The notes under the pieces are model-generated. The model searched no databases and was not told where the DNA came from. It saw only the letters and a program-made list of their open reading frames with translations. Below, in pieces: positions 47,329 to 57,423 of a DNA stretch of 64,000 nt. Every line of letters begins with the position of its first letter. Within the stretch, counting starts at the first letter, position 1. A program made the position numbers and the translations under genes. The DNA comes from Acidobacteriota bacterium (lineage in GTDB: Bacteria; Acidobacteriota; CAIWXX01), in NCBI GenBank assembly GCA_040755995.1, contig JBFMAF010000044.1, forward strand, positions 1-64,000, read 5' to 3'.

Positions 47329-50300
47329 TCACCAGCTCAATTCGAGAGACGGATCTCCCAGCAGACTCCACCCGTCGACAACCGGCTTCAGCTTCGCGTC
47401 TGACCGCAGCGCTTTCTCCTTCGCTTCTCGCAGAGCTTCGCCCAGAGTCATCCCCTTGCCGAGATTGTCGTACAGCTGGACGTAAAGGGTTCGCTGGAGC
47501 GTCGGATCAGTGATACCAGTCGGCCCCACCGAGGCGATGGCGCCGCCTTTGGGCAGCAGCAGCAGTGCCTCGTTTATCGTCGGCCCTGTGGCGAGCTGGT
47601 ACCACTGCACCTCGCATGTCCAGGTGAACAAGACGGTATTCCCTCTCGATCCAGCCAGGGTCGCCGCATCGTCCACTGCCAATAGTCCGTCGTCGGACCA
47701 GATCTCGAAGCTCCCGTGCCCGAAGAAGTGCGTGGCCTGGGCGCCCGACTTGAGGCTGTAGAGCAGGTTCGATCGCGCCTGGTCCGCACCCGATTCGATG
47801 TTCGCCCAGACGAGGCGGGCCCGCGACGGCAGGTGATTCGCCGCTTCCGCCGCTGCCTGGTAGAACGACGGGTCGGTCGGACCCTGGTTGTCGACTGCGA
47901 TGATGTGCCGGCGGCGCGCGTTCTCATCTACAGGCGCGCTCGCGCGGCTCGTAATCTTGTCAGCCATCGCCTGGGCCTCGTCAACCGTCGATACGGGGAG
48001 CCGACCGATCGCCAACTCCGGCGACCCATCACCGTCGGTGTCCGCGTACTTGTTCTCGGACGGGACTCGCCCGAACACGTCGTCCCAGCCGTTGAGCGAC
48101 GGGATGAACGACACGTGCCCTCTTCCCATGAAGTCGCGCGGATCGTAGGTGTCGTCGCCCACGAGAAGCACGTATTTCATGTTCCGGCGATTCGCCTGCC
48201 GTATCTCGGCGATCATGGACTTGATCGCATTGGGTTCCACGACACCGCTGCTGAACCGGTCATATGCGCGTTCTGCATTCACGACCGAAACGCGGTACTT
48301 ACCTCGCTTCGCTGCTCCGATCTGCTCGGCCTGACTCCCAAAGGCGCCGTGAGTCGCTATGAGGTACTCGGTGCCGTGCGGGTTCAGAGAGAGGTCGGTG
48401 TTGTACGGAGCGATCCGGTCGGCGTGAACCTCGTCAGTTGGAGCCGCCAAGGGGAAGCCCATGTCCACGACGTCGATGAACGCGAGCGCCCCGTCGGTGG
48501 GCCCGGAAACATCGGCGGAGTAGACGAAGGCGATCTTGTTGCCTGTCTTGTTCAGAGCACCGCCGGGTATCTCGCCCCAAATCTCGCCCGTGGTCTTGCC
48601 GCGGAACGAGACCTGCCCCACGCGGTTTCCATTGATCCAGGCCTCGATCGTGTGCGTGTGATCCGTGCCTCCCACTACACCGATTCGAACCGGGATCGAG
48701 CCGGCAGGCGGAGCCGCGAGCGACGGCAAATCGAATGACAGCTCATCCGGCGGGAACCAGGTCGACAGGAAGTTCCAGACCCACGGGTCGCCTCCCTGCG
48801 CAATGAAAGGCGCGTAGAACAGGTTCTGCTCGACGCGGGTGCCGCCCGGGAACTCGGCGAACCCGGACTTCGTGAAATGCACGGACGGTGCCGGAGCCGT
48901 CGCCGCGCCCCAGGTTACGACATAGACGTTGCGCGAGCTGTAGTCGGTCGCGAATGCTGTCGACACAAACTCGATTGTGGCCGCGCCGCCCGCGTCTTTG
49001 AGCACGTTGAATCCCACCACCTGGCCCAAGTTAGTCAGGCGGAGCTGCTCCGGTGTTGCTGCGTATTCGGCGGGAAGGCCAGCCGCGACCAGATCGGCAA
49101 CGGGCACACGCACGATGCCGACGCGAGAGACCTCCAGCTTCAGGGCCGTCACAGCGCCGCCGCGCTCGATGAGCGTTCCGGCCTGCGGCACGGGTGTCCG
49201 TGCGGGCAGTGACTTCTCGGCAAGCCGTTGCTCGACGAGCTCCAGCTGCCGGGCGAGCACCGAGCTCTCCACGGGGAACGGTCCCAACATGCGAGTCGTG
49301 CCGCCGCACTCGATCTCTTCGATCAAGATGAATGGCTCGTTGATCGGCCGCGTGTTCACCCGGTAGACTTCCGGCTCGAGTATGGCCAGCGGGTTGGCTG
49401 GGACCGGCTCGTTCGAGATCAGCTCGACATCAGCCTGGCCGAACGGATCTGATGTCTGGTAGATGTTGAAAGCCGCTGATGCAAACTGCGACGCCGTCGC
49501 GAACTCGACGAAACCTCCCCTGTTCACTCGAACACCCATAATCCGTGCCCACGTCGGCGCATTCGGGTCGTCGCACAGCCGAACACCCGGGATGTCGCTG
49601 AGCGTCACAGCCGTCTGGCTCACGCCGGTGGAGCCCGGAGTGGCGCCGAAGGCATCGAGCGCGGTCGTGGTAGTGCCGTTGACGCCACCCGATACGTCAA
49701 TACCAGCGGAGCCGCTGGACAGCAGGACAACGCCGCCACCACCCCCGCCGCCGGGGCCGTGGCGAGCGCCTGGGTAACTGCCTGGAGCCTGCAGCGGCCA
49801 TGCATCCGCGCCGCCGCCGCCGCGAGCCTGCACGGTGAGGCCAGTCCAGGTCCCGGTCGGGGCCACCACGACCACCGTTCCGCCCGCGCCTCCACCACCC
49901 CCGCCGTCGTTTTCCGGAGTGATCCCGGAGATATCACGTCCCCTACCGTTGGCCGTGATCGTGCCTGTCCCAGTCACCTCGTACGCACGTATCAGGACGG
50001 TCCCTCCTCCTGGTCCCCCGCTCGATGCATTGGCGATAGTAGGCGAATTGTTCCGGGTCCCGGCCCCGCCGCCTCCGCCCATCGCTATGCGAGCGTTTGC
50101 GCCGGTTGCATACGGGAAGGTGGCTCCCTGGTGGCCGCCCCTGTCAAGATCGCTGTTCCAGGTGCGTCCCCCGCGCCCGCCGAGGCCTCCGTTTCCACCA
50201 CCGGCACCGCCGCTGTTCTCGTCGTTGGCAGCCGGATTCCCATCGGTTCCGCCGCCACCGGCGTTGCCGGGTGCGCCTCTGGCATTCGATCCATTCGTGT

Positions 50301-51105
50301 ACCCCTCGACACCCATGTCCGAGATGATCGTCCCGTCGAATACGTACCTTGGCGTACCGGCAATGCTCTCGCCCTTTGCGCCGTTGTTGTCGTTGGTCGC
50401 GACCGTGCGGTAGTCGGTGCTCGCACCTGTATCGCCCGTCAGTTGTCGGCCGCCGCCACCCGCAAAACCGAGCCCGTCCACACTGACGGTGCCGCCCAGA
50501 GTGAGCGTCCCGCTCACGTCTATGGCAAGCACGCCGCCGACAGCTCCGTCCCAGAGCAGCGCAGTGAGCGTCGAGCTGAGCGTGGCACTTCTGTATCGAG
50601 GCACGCGCATGAGTTGCCAGGTCCTGCGAGGTGTCGCTGTCAGGAGGCTCTGCCTGTAGGAATGGAGTAGCCCGTTGCCGGCGCCCGCACCGGTGATGTC
50701 GACCCAGCCGGCTCCGCTCACTGCGCTCTGTGCGACAAGGTACTCAAAGTAGCCCACCCTGTTCAGGTTGGTCTGGCCGTTCGCCGGATCGCTGGCCACG
50801 CCGTCGCCGTATAGATTGCTTTGCGACGCGTTGATGTCGGCGTCCTGCATCTGCATGATGAGCAGCATGTCGCCGGCCGCAATTGCCGGGTTTCCGGACG
50901 GGTAGATGGATCCGTAGACACGGACAGACGTGGCACCGGCTGCAGGACTGTTCCGTCCCTGATAGTAGCTGTTGACGATCCCGCTGAGGGTCCCGCCAGC
51001 CGGCAGCGTGTCGCACGGGCCGGCCTGGAGCCCCGCGGGCACTAACATGACCACCGAAGTAAGTATCCCGAAGATACTTCCAAGTGGCGTATGATGTCGT
51101 CTCAT
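47329..51105 (-). CDS. Large secreted protein: Gly-rich domain plus gingipain-like (C25) cysteine peptidase
   Basis: Signal peptide; GGGGGAG runs; YVLLVGD, IGRLPV, FGHGS, WTC, WSLLGDP. Confidence 0.85.
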   Translation of the reverse strand: MRRHHTPLGSIFGILTSVVMLVPAGLQAGPCDTLPAGGTLSGIVNSYYQGRNSPAAGATSVRVYGSIYPSGNPAIAAGDMLLIMQMQDADINASQSNLYGDGVASDPANGQTNLNRVGYFEYLVAQSAVSGAGWVDITGAGAGNGLLHSYRQSLLTATPRRTWQLMRVPRYRSATLSSTLTALLWDGAVGGVLAIDVSGTLTLGGTVSVDGLGFAGGGGRQLTGDTGASTDYRTVATNDNNGAKGESIAGTPRYVFDGTIISDMGVEGYTNGSNARGAPGNAGGGGTDGNPAANDENSGGAGGGNGGLGGRGGRTWNSDLDRGGHQGATFPYATGANARIAMGGGGGAGTRNNSPTIANASSGGPGGGTVLIRAYEVTGTGTITANGRGRDISGITPENDGGGGGGAGGTVVVVAPTGTWTGLTVQARGGGGADAWPLQAPGSYPGARHGPGGGGGGGVVLLSSGSAGIDVSGGVNGTTTTALDAFGATPGSTGVSQTAVTLSDIPGVRLCDDPNAPTWARIMGVRVNRGGFVEFATASQFASAAFNIYQTSDPFGQADVELISNEPVPANPLAILEPEVYRVNTRPINEPFILIEEIECGGTTRMLGPFPVESSVLARQLELVEQRLAEKSLPARTPVPQAGTLIERGGAVTALKLEVSRVGIVRVPVADLVAAGLPAEYAATPEQLRLTNLGQVVGFNVLKDAGGAATIEFVSTAFATDYSSRNVYVVTWGAATAPAPSVHFTKSGFAEFPGGTRVEQNLFYAPFIAQGGDPWVWNFLSTWFPPDELSFDLPSLAAPPAGSIPVRIGVVGGTDHTHTIEAWINGNRVGQVSFRGKTTGEIWGEIPGGALNKTGNKIAFVYSADVSGPTDGALAFIDVVDMGFPLAAPTDEVHADRIAPYNTDLSLNPHGTEYLIATHGAFGSQAEQIGAAKRGKYRVSVVNAERAYDRFSSGVVEPNAIKSMIAEIRQANRRNMKYVLLVGDDTYDPRDFMGRGHVSFIPSLNGWDDVFGRVPSENKYADTDGDGSPELAIGRLPVSTVDEAQAMADKITSRASAPVDENARRRHIIAVDNQGPTDPSFYQAAAEAANHLPSRARLVWANIESGADQARSNLLYSLKSGAQATHFFGHGSFEIWSDDGLLAVDDAATLAGSRGNTVLFTWTCEVQWYQLATGPTINEALLLLPKGGAIASVGPTGITDPTLQRTLYVQLYDNLGKGMTLGEALREAKEKALRSDAKLKPVVDGWSLLGDPSLELSW

Positions 51106-51546
51106 CCTACCCCCCTATCCTTGGGCAGCAGGTGCCCTCGCTGATTGCGATGTTGCCCTCTGTTTGACTGCTCAAGATTAAACTGCAACAAATAGAAGCA
51201 TAGCATATTACTCGAATTCTGGAAAGAGCCCGCGCTCGCTCGCCCGCTCGCCCGCTCGGCATGTCGGCTGGGAAGCAGGAGTTGCGGAAGAGGCTCAGGC
51301 AGGCCGAGTGACGTGGGCGTCGCCCGCAGCTCATCGGACTACTGGGGACCGTGCCGGCAAATCGGACATCCCCGCCACGCATGTGTGCCCCGCGGGCGCC
51401 GCGTTAGATATCAGAGACTTGCGCTCAGCCTCGGTCCTTCACGCAGGCTGTATGTCCGAGAGCCGGACATTCAGAGTCAAGCCCACAGGACGAGCGAACA
51501 GTGCTAACTCATAGAGAATCCAGTACTTGCGCGGCATCCGGCACGC

Positions 51547-51562
51547 TGGCACGGGCCTTGCT
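51547..51562 (+). promoter_or_regulatory. Sigma54 -24/-12 promoter
   Basis: TGGCACG-GGCC-TTGCT, exact consensus spacing. Confidence 0.7.
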
Positions 51563-51701
51563 CTACACCGGGCAGGAGGTAGCAGAGATGGACAAGCGGA
51601 TGAGAGAGGAAGCGAGGACATCAACGGGCGCCGCAGTCGTTGGCCGCGGCGAACAGGCTACCTCGAGATTGGTCGTAACGGAGCGCAGGGAGGAGATGAC
51701 A

Positions 51702-52952
51702 ATGAACAGAATCGCTGGACTGATGGTGCTATGCCTGGTTCTCTTCGGTTGGAGTGCGCAGGCAGCCGAGACAACTGAGAAGAACGGTCTGCCCGAGCAG
51801 GTCCGCTACCACGAGACGGTGATCGCATTCTCGGGGGCGGAGAGCAACGCCTCCGGTCAGACTTCTTTTTACGCCTTTGGCCAGGAGTTCGTGCTGAATC
51901 TCGAGGCCATGAATGATCTCGCGTCCGATGAGGCGGATAGGCGAAGCATTCGTCGACCTGAGGAGGCCCTCTACAGAGGTACAGTCCAGGGCGATGACGG
52001 TTCGTGGCTGCGCGGCAGCATGACCGGATCGGTGTTCGAGGGCGTGATTCACACGAGCAACGACGACTACTTCGTCGAGCGCGCTTCGAGACACTTCGCC
52101 GACAGGCCCGATGACGAGATGATCATCTATCGCCGTTCCGATTGCGACTCAGGGTGGGAAGCCTTGGCCGGCGGCCCGATCCCCGTGATCGCCAACATCA
52201 CCAGCACGCAGCCGGGCATGGCTACGATCTACGGCTCGGGCTTCTCCGCCAATGCTCCTGAAGTCCGCGTCTTCTTCGGTGGCTACTTCGCGCCCCTGAA
52301 GAGCACCAGCCGTTCCGCCATCGTCGTCAAGATCCCCTCCGGCGCGCTCCGGGCCGGCACAGTGGCCGTCCACGTGGTCGTGAAGGGCGTGTGGAGCGAC
52401 GGCTACTACTTCCGCTTCGGGCAGAGCGTTCCGTCAGGGCCGGCTCCCGTCATCACAAACGTCACCAGCACGCAGCCGGGCATGGCTACGATCTCAGGCT
52501 CGGGCTTCTCCGCCAACGCTCCTGAAGTACGCGTGTTCTTCGGCGGCTACTTCGCACCCCTGAAGAGCACCAGCCGCACCGCCATCCTCGTCAAGATCCC
52601 CTCCGGCGCACTCCGGGCCGGCACAGTGGCTGTGCACGTGGTCGTCAAGGGCGTATGGAGCGACGGCTACTACTTCCGCTTCGGGCAGAGCGTTCCGTCA
52701 GGGCCGGCTCCCGTCATCACAAACGTCACCAGCACGCAGCCGGGCATGGCTACGATCTCAGGCTCGGGCTTCTCCACCAACGCTGCTGAAGTACGCGTGT
52801 TCTTCGGCGGTTACTTCGCACCCCTGAAGAGCACCAGCCGTTCCGCCATCCTCGTCAAGATCCCCTCTGGCGCGCTCCGCGCCGGCACGGTCGCCGTGCA
52901 CGCGGTCGTGAAGGGCGTGTGGAGCGACGGCTACTACTACAGCGTGCGCTAG
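51702..52952 (+). CDS. Secreted protein: M12-type metalloprotease prodomain-like region plus three IPT/TIG repeats
   Basis: AFGQEFVLNLE...LYRGTVQGDDGSW...FEGVI...YFVE; three 88-aa repeats; no HExxH. Confidence 0.65.
   Translation: MNRIAGLMVLCLVLFGWSAQAAETTEKNGLPEQVRYHETVIAFSGAESNASGQTSFYAFGQEFVLNLEAMNDLASDEADRRSIRRPEEALYRGTVQGDDGSWLRGSMTGSVFEGVIHTSNDDYFVERASRHFADRPDDEMIIYRRSDCDSGWEALAGGPIPVIANITSTQPGMATIYGSGFSANAPEVRVFFGGYFAPLKSTSRSAIVVKIPSGALRAGTVAVHVVVKGVWSDGYYFRFGQSVPSGPAPVITNVTSTQPGMATISGSGFSANAPEVRVFFGGYFAPLKSTSRTAILVKIPSGALRAGTVAVHVVVKGVWSDGYYFRFGQSVPSGPAPVITNVTSTQPGMATISGSGFSTNAAEVRVFFGGYFAPLKSTSRSAILVKIPSGALRAGTVAVHAVVKGVWSDGYYYSVR
52182..52941 (+). repeat. Intragenic tandem repeat, about 3 x 264 bp
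   Basis: Units start at 52182, 52446 and 52710 and are near identical. Confidence 0.9.
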
Positions 52953-53129
52953 CGCATCGATAGACTCCTCCTCCAAAATCAGGCCTCGGGCGTCGAGAGA
53001 TCGAAACCCGGGGCCTGAAGCGTTTTTGAAGAGCGATAGGAGCAGGTTGGCAGCCGGCATTCGTGAGTGGACGTGGAGACGCGTGGACACAGAGACGCGG
53101 TGAAGGGATCGCCCACCCGGTCGCCGGAT

Positions 53130-53450
53130 CTAGCCGGCCGTCCGATCGGTGCGCTTGACGACCTTCACTGACTCGAGCTGCGCCAGGAAGCGGCGGTAGT
53201 CATCGGCGGCCTGGTCGACACCCACATCGAAGCGGCCGGTCATCTCCTTTACGATCTGCTCACCGGTAGTCTCCCCATCCAGTCGTTCCCAGATGAACGA
53301 TCCAACGCGGTTCAGGTGGAAGATCGAATCGAGGTCGGCTCCTTTGGCCACGATCGGAACCAGGACGAACTCGCCGGCGATGTTCCGCGCAACGACGTTC
53401 GGATCGCGGGCGAAGGCGGTCTCCAGCGTCGCCGGGGCGTCCTCGGTCAC
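53130..53450 (-). CDS. PqqD-family RiPP recognition element (RRE)
   Basis: VVARNIAGEFVLVP, FHLNRVGSFIWERLDG, FLAQL; GTGA coupling to the upstream gene. Confidence 0.88.
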   Translation of the reverse strand: MTEDAPATLETAFARDPNVVARNIAGEFVLVPIVAKGADLDSIFHLNRVGSFIWERLDGETTGEQIVKEMTGRFDVGVDQAADDYRRFLAQLESVKVVKRTDRTAG

Positions 53451-53902
53451 AGGCCACGGTTCCGCAGGGCTAGCCGCAGCCGCGTCCGGAGTCCGCGGCA
53501 CAGTGAGCGCACAGCGACAGCCGGGCGTGATCGAACGGTGTCGGGCTGCGGTCCCTCGACCGCCACCACGGTCCCCAGCACATCTCGGGGCGACACCCGC
53601 ACATCCCAGACCTGGGCCCTGTCCGCCATGGTCCTCCACGAAGAAGTCGCGCGCGCGATGGGCGGGCCCCAGATCAGGCGGTGAACGCGAAGCCCCGCTG
53701 GCTGCCGCACCAGAACCAGGTCGCCTATCCGCGGGCGCCGGAGCGTCGTGCCGGCCACGCAGACAGTGTCTCCCGGTGAAAGCGCTGGCTCCATGCAGCC
53801 ACCCGTGGTCCTCAGACGGACATGCCGGAAGGCCGACAGGCATTGGCGGATCACGCCGTCAGACAACTCGCGCGAGGCATCCAGCGTTAGAACATCCGGC
53901 AT
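53447..53902 (-). CDS. S24/S26 signal-peptidase-like protein
   Basis: TGGCMEPALSPGD, GDLVL, VHRLI, TMAD, VLGTV. Confidence 0.75.
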   Translation of the reverse strand: MPDVLTLDASRELSDGVIRQCLSAFRHVRLRTTGGCMEPALSPGDTVCVAGTTLRRPRIGDLVLVRQPAGLRVHRLIWGPPIARATSSWRTMADRAQVWDVRVSPRDVLGTVVAVEGPQPDTVRSRPAVAVRSLCRGLRTRLRLALRNRGL

Positions 53903-54074
53903 CTGTCAACCCAGGGTACCTATTATAGCAGAGCGCAGGCGGTGGCTGGCTCCAATCCTACTTTCCGATCACGATCGGAGATTTGGCCCGATAATTTCGA
54001 TCATGATCGAGAACTCCGACCGCCAGGCGGAACAGGTAGTCCACTCGATGGGCCGTAATCCAGCGCTAACGGCA

Positions 54075-54103
54075 TTGACGGCGCTGCCCGCGTCGGCTAT
54101 ACA
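54075..54103 (+). promoter_or_regulatory. Sigma70-like promoter for the glycyl radical operon
   Basis: TTGACG-N17-TATACA. Confidence 0.4.
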
Positions 54104-54281
54104 GTGGGAGTCAGGGATCCGAGGCGAGCATTTTGCGAAACCAGCATCGTCGAGTCCACTCGCTCCGTGGATGCCTCCGTCCCGGCGGTAATCGCGCGGC
54201 GGGCGGGAGTATTACTACCATTGTAGATACAACTGGTGTCCGCGAAGAACGTCCTTCACGACGATTCAGGGAGACCCCGTC

Positions 54282-57281
54282 ATGATTCAACTCTTGGTCT
54301 CGGACCGAACGGCGCGCGTCAAGTCCGTGACGAACCTCTTCATCAGGACGCTGCTGCGGCTGATGGCGGCGAATTTCAACCACCGCCGCTCTCTGCGAGA
54401 GTACCTGCGGAGCGATCAGGGGTGGATCAACTTCTCGATCGGCTTCCGCACCGACGGCGGCTCGGTCGAGACGGGCATGATCTTCCGTGACGGCCGCGTG
54501 CAAGTCATCGGAGGCATTCCCGAGAACGCGAATGTCATCCTGAGCTTCGACTCGGACCGGTCGCTCAGGAGACTGCTCTCGGCTACGCCGACCGAGCAGG
54601 TGTTCATGATTCTCAAGAGCCGCCTGAAGTACGAGGGCAGCTCCGCCTATCTCAACCTTTTCTTCTTTCTCCTTTCTCTGCTCATCATCAAGAAGCAGAA
54701 GAAGCTGATGGAGAGGGAGCGTCGCGAATCGAAGCGAAATCTGCTGAAGCAATCGCCCGCGGCCAGGACGGAGCTCAGCACGGAGCTTCAGGCGAGGCGG
54801 GCATATCGCATGAAGGCCGAGTCGATCGATCCGGGTGTGAAGTACTTGAAGGAGCCGTATCTTTCGGAATACTCACTCGACGATTTCCCGCGGGTCAAGC
54901 AGTTCTTGGATGACCACTTTGCGGTGAAGGCCGAGGTCTGCCCGGAGCTTCCGAAGCTGCTCACCGACTGGCACAAGAGATACGGCTTCGAGATCGACCA
55001 GGCGGGCAAGCCATGGGTTCCCGTCTCAAGGAAGGCCCATGCACACAAGTACATGATGGAGAACCGGAAGCCCATCATCCACAAGAACGACCTCATCGCC
55101 GGCACGACGACCTCGAAGGATGTCGGTGTGGTCGTCTACCCCGAGGGGCACGGGACGATGATCTGGTCGGAGCTACTCACGGTGCCTCACCGGTCGCTCA
55201 ATCCGTACGACGTGAGCGCAGAGACCGTACAGATACTGCACCACGAGGTGTTCCCTTACTGGGCCGGGCGCAACTTCAAGGAATGGGTGCGCGAGAAGTA
55301 CCAGCGACCGCTCTGCCAGAAGATCGACGAGCGCTTCGCGGTCTACTTCGACTGGAAGTCGGTGACGATCTCGCACACTGTCCCGGATTTCCCCAAGGTC
55401 ATGCGCCTGGGTGCTCGCGGCATGATCGAGGAGATACGGGCGGAGCTCGGGTCAGGCGACTGTGACGCCGAGAAACGGGCCACGCTCGATGCGATGGTCC
55501 TGGTTCTCGAGGGCCTCACGACATACTCCAAGAACCTGGCGCGACAGGCTGGTCGCGAGGCGGATGCCGAGTCCGATGCGAGGCGAAAGGCGGAGCTCTA
55601 TCGGCTGTCGGAGATCTGCGCGCAGGTGGTGGAGAACCCGGCGCGCACCCTGGATGAGGCGGTCAACGCCATGTGGATCACATGGGTGGGGCTGCACCTG
55701 GAGAGCACCAACGCGGGTCTCTCGCTCGGCAGGCTCGACCAGTGGCTCCAACCGTACTTCGCGGCAGACATCGCGAAGCTCCAATCGGACGAGGAACGCG
55801 AGGAATACGTCCGGCGCGCAATCGAGCTTGTCGGCTGCTTCTACATGCGCTCGACCGACCATCTGCCGCTCACCCCCGACGTCGCCAACTTCTACTTCGG
55901 CGGCAGCTCCTCGGACCAGGCGATCACGCTTGGCGGCGTCACCCCCGACGGTGAAGACGCCGTCTGCGACATGACATACATCTTCCTCAAGGTCACCGAG
56001 ATGCTCTCCATCCGCGACCCGAACGTCAACGCCCGGTTCCATCCCGGCAAGAACAGCGACACGTATCTGAAGCGGCTCTGCGAGGTGAATCTCATCACCT
56101 CTGCCACACCGTCGATGCACAATGACGAGGTAGTCATGACCTCGCTGCGGCAGTTCCCTTACGACGAGCGCGATCGCCGCAACTGGGCCGCAACCGGCTG
56201 CGTCGAGCCCACGTTGTGCTCGAAGCACATCGGCCATACCAACATGCAGATGATGAACATGGTAGCTGCGCTCGAAATGGCCTTGAACAACGGCAGGCAT
56301 CCGGTGATGAATTGGAAGCTCGGTCCGGAGACCGGTGAGATCGAGAACGGAACCTTCGAGACCTTCGACGGCTTTTTCGATGCCTTCACGACTCAATTCA
56401 AATTCCTGATCGACCAGTCGATCCAGTACAACAACATGCTGGCCGAGGCCCATCAGTACCTGCGGCCTACCCCCCTGCTCTCCTCGCTCATCGGCGGGTG
56501 CATCGAGAAAGGCCGCGACGTCACCAAGGGAGGCGCCGTATACAACAGCTCGGGTGCGGCCATCATCGGGCTCGCCGACGTCACCGACTCCCTCATGGTC
56601 ATCAAGAAGCTGGTCTACGATGAGAAGAAGGTCACCTTCGCCCAGCTCAAGCGGGCGGTCGACTCGAACTTCGAGAATGCGCCTGCGCTCTACGCCATGG
56701 TCACCAACAAGGTCCCGCTCTTCGGATCGGGCAGTACCGAGGCTGTGGCCATGGCCAACCGCGTCACGAAGTGGGCGCACGACTACTACTCGAGCCTGCC
56801 GCACTACCGCGGCGGCAAGTACACCGTAGGGTTCTGGTCGATGTCCAACCATGTCATCTACGGCACCCTCACCGGCGCTCTGCCGTCGGGCCGGCGCGCC
56901 GGGAAGCCCTTCACCCCGGGCCTCACACCCCAGCCGTGCGCGTCCCGCAACCTCCTCGACAACATCAAAGACGTGGCCATGCTCGACCCGGCCAACATCA
57001 CCAACAACATGGCGTTCAACGTCAAGGTAGTCCCGCACAGCGGCGACCCGCGTGAAAAGACCGTCAGCCACATGTTCTCGTACGTCAAGTCGTACTTCCA
57101 ACTGGGCGGCATGCAGATGCAGATGAATGTCGTGACCTCCGATACGCTCCGGGATGCCATGGCCCACCCCGAGAATTACCGCAACCTGCTGGTGCGCATC
57201 TCCGGCTACAACGCCTACTTCGTTACCCTCAACCGGGACATGCAGATCGAGCTCATAGAGCGCGCGGAGTACGGGTTGTGA
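54282..57281 (+). CDS. Glycyl radical enzyme with N-terminal SCP2-like domain
   Basis: SLGRLDQ, TGCVEP Cys loop, LLVRISGYNAYF glycyl motif; extra ~150 N-terminal residues. Confidence 0.9.
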   Translation: MIQLLVSDRTARVKSVTNLFIRTLLRLMAANFNHRRSLREYLRSDQGWINFSIGFRTDGGSVETGMIFRDGRVQVIGGIPENANVILSFDSDRSLRRLLSATPTEQVFMILKSRLKYEGSSAYLNLFFFLLSLLIIKKQKKLMERERRESKRNLLKQSPAARTELSTELQARRAYRMKAESIDPGVKYLKEPYLSEYSLDDFPRVKQFLDDHFAVKAEVCPELPKLLTDWHKRYGFEIDQAGKPWVPVSRKAHAHKYMMENRKPIIHKNDLIAGTTTSKDVGVVVYPEGHGTMIWSELLTVPHRSLNPYDVSAETVQILHHEVFPYWAGRNFKEWVREKYQRPLCQKIDERFAVYFDWKSVTISHTVPDFPKVMRLGARGMIEEIRAELGSGDCDAEKRATLDAMVLVLEGLTTYSKNLARQAGREADAESDARRKAELYRLSEICAQVVENPARTLDEAVNAMWITWVGLHLESTNAGLSLGRLDQWLQPYFAADIAKLQSDEEREEYVRRAIELVGCFYMRSTDHLPLTPDVANFYFGGSSSDQAITLGGVTPDGEDAVCDMTYIFLKVTEMLSIRDPNVNARFHPGKNSDTYLKRLCEVNLITSATPSMHNDEVVMTSLRQFPYDERDRRNWAATGCVEPTLCSKHIGHTNMQMMNMVAALEMALNNGRHPVMNWKLGPETGEIENGTFETFDGFFDAFTTQFKFLIDQSIQYNNMLAEAHQYLRPTPLLSSLIGGCIEKGRDVTKGGAVYNSSGAAIIGLADVTDSLMVIKKLVYDEKKVTFAQLKRAVDSNFENAPALYAMVTNKVPLFGSGSTEAVAMANRVTKWAHDYYSSLPHYRGGKYTVGFWSMSNHVIYGTLTGALPSGRRAGKPFTPGLTPQPCASRNLLDNIKDVAMLDPANITNNMAFNVKVVPHSGDPREKTVSHMFSYVKSYFQLGGMQMQMNVVTSDTLRDAMAHPENYRNLLVRISGYNAYFVTLNRDMQIELIERAEYGL

Positions 57282-57423
57282 CTCAGGGCTATGCGGGTGG
57301 GCCGGGCGCGTACTGACGACGAAGTCGGGCCAGGAGGGATGCGACGCGGAGACGCGGAGCCACGGAGACGCGGGGAAAGAGAAGAACGCCGAAATGCGGG
57401 GACACGGAGACGCGGTGACGCTC

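Noticed and set aside
51230..51310. Cobalamin riboswitch upstream of the C25 gene (CTGGGAAG)
   Set aside because: Other conserved elements were not found, and the motif is on the wrong strand for that gene
52182..52941. Long direct repeats as a CRISPR array or mobile-element ends
   Set aside because: In-frame 264-bp coding repeats with no spacers and no cas genes
45029..53902. Lasso peptide cluster
   Set aside because: YxxP leader, RRE and kinase fit, but no asparagine-synthetase-like cyclase or transglutaminase-like B2 protease is in the window
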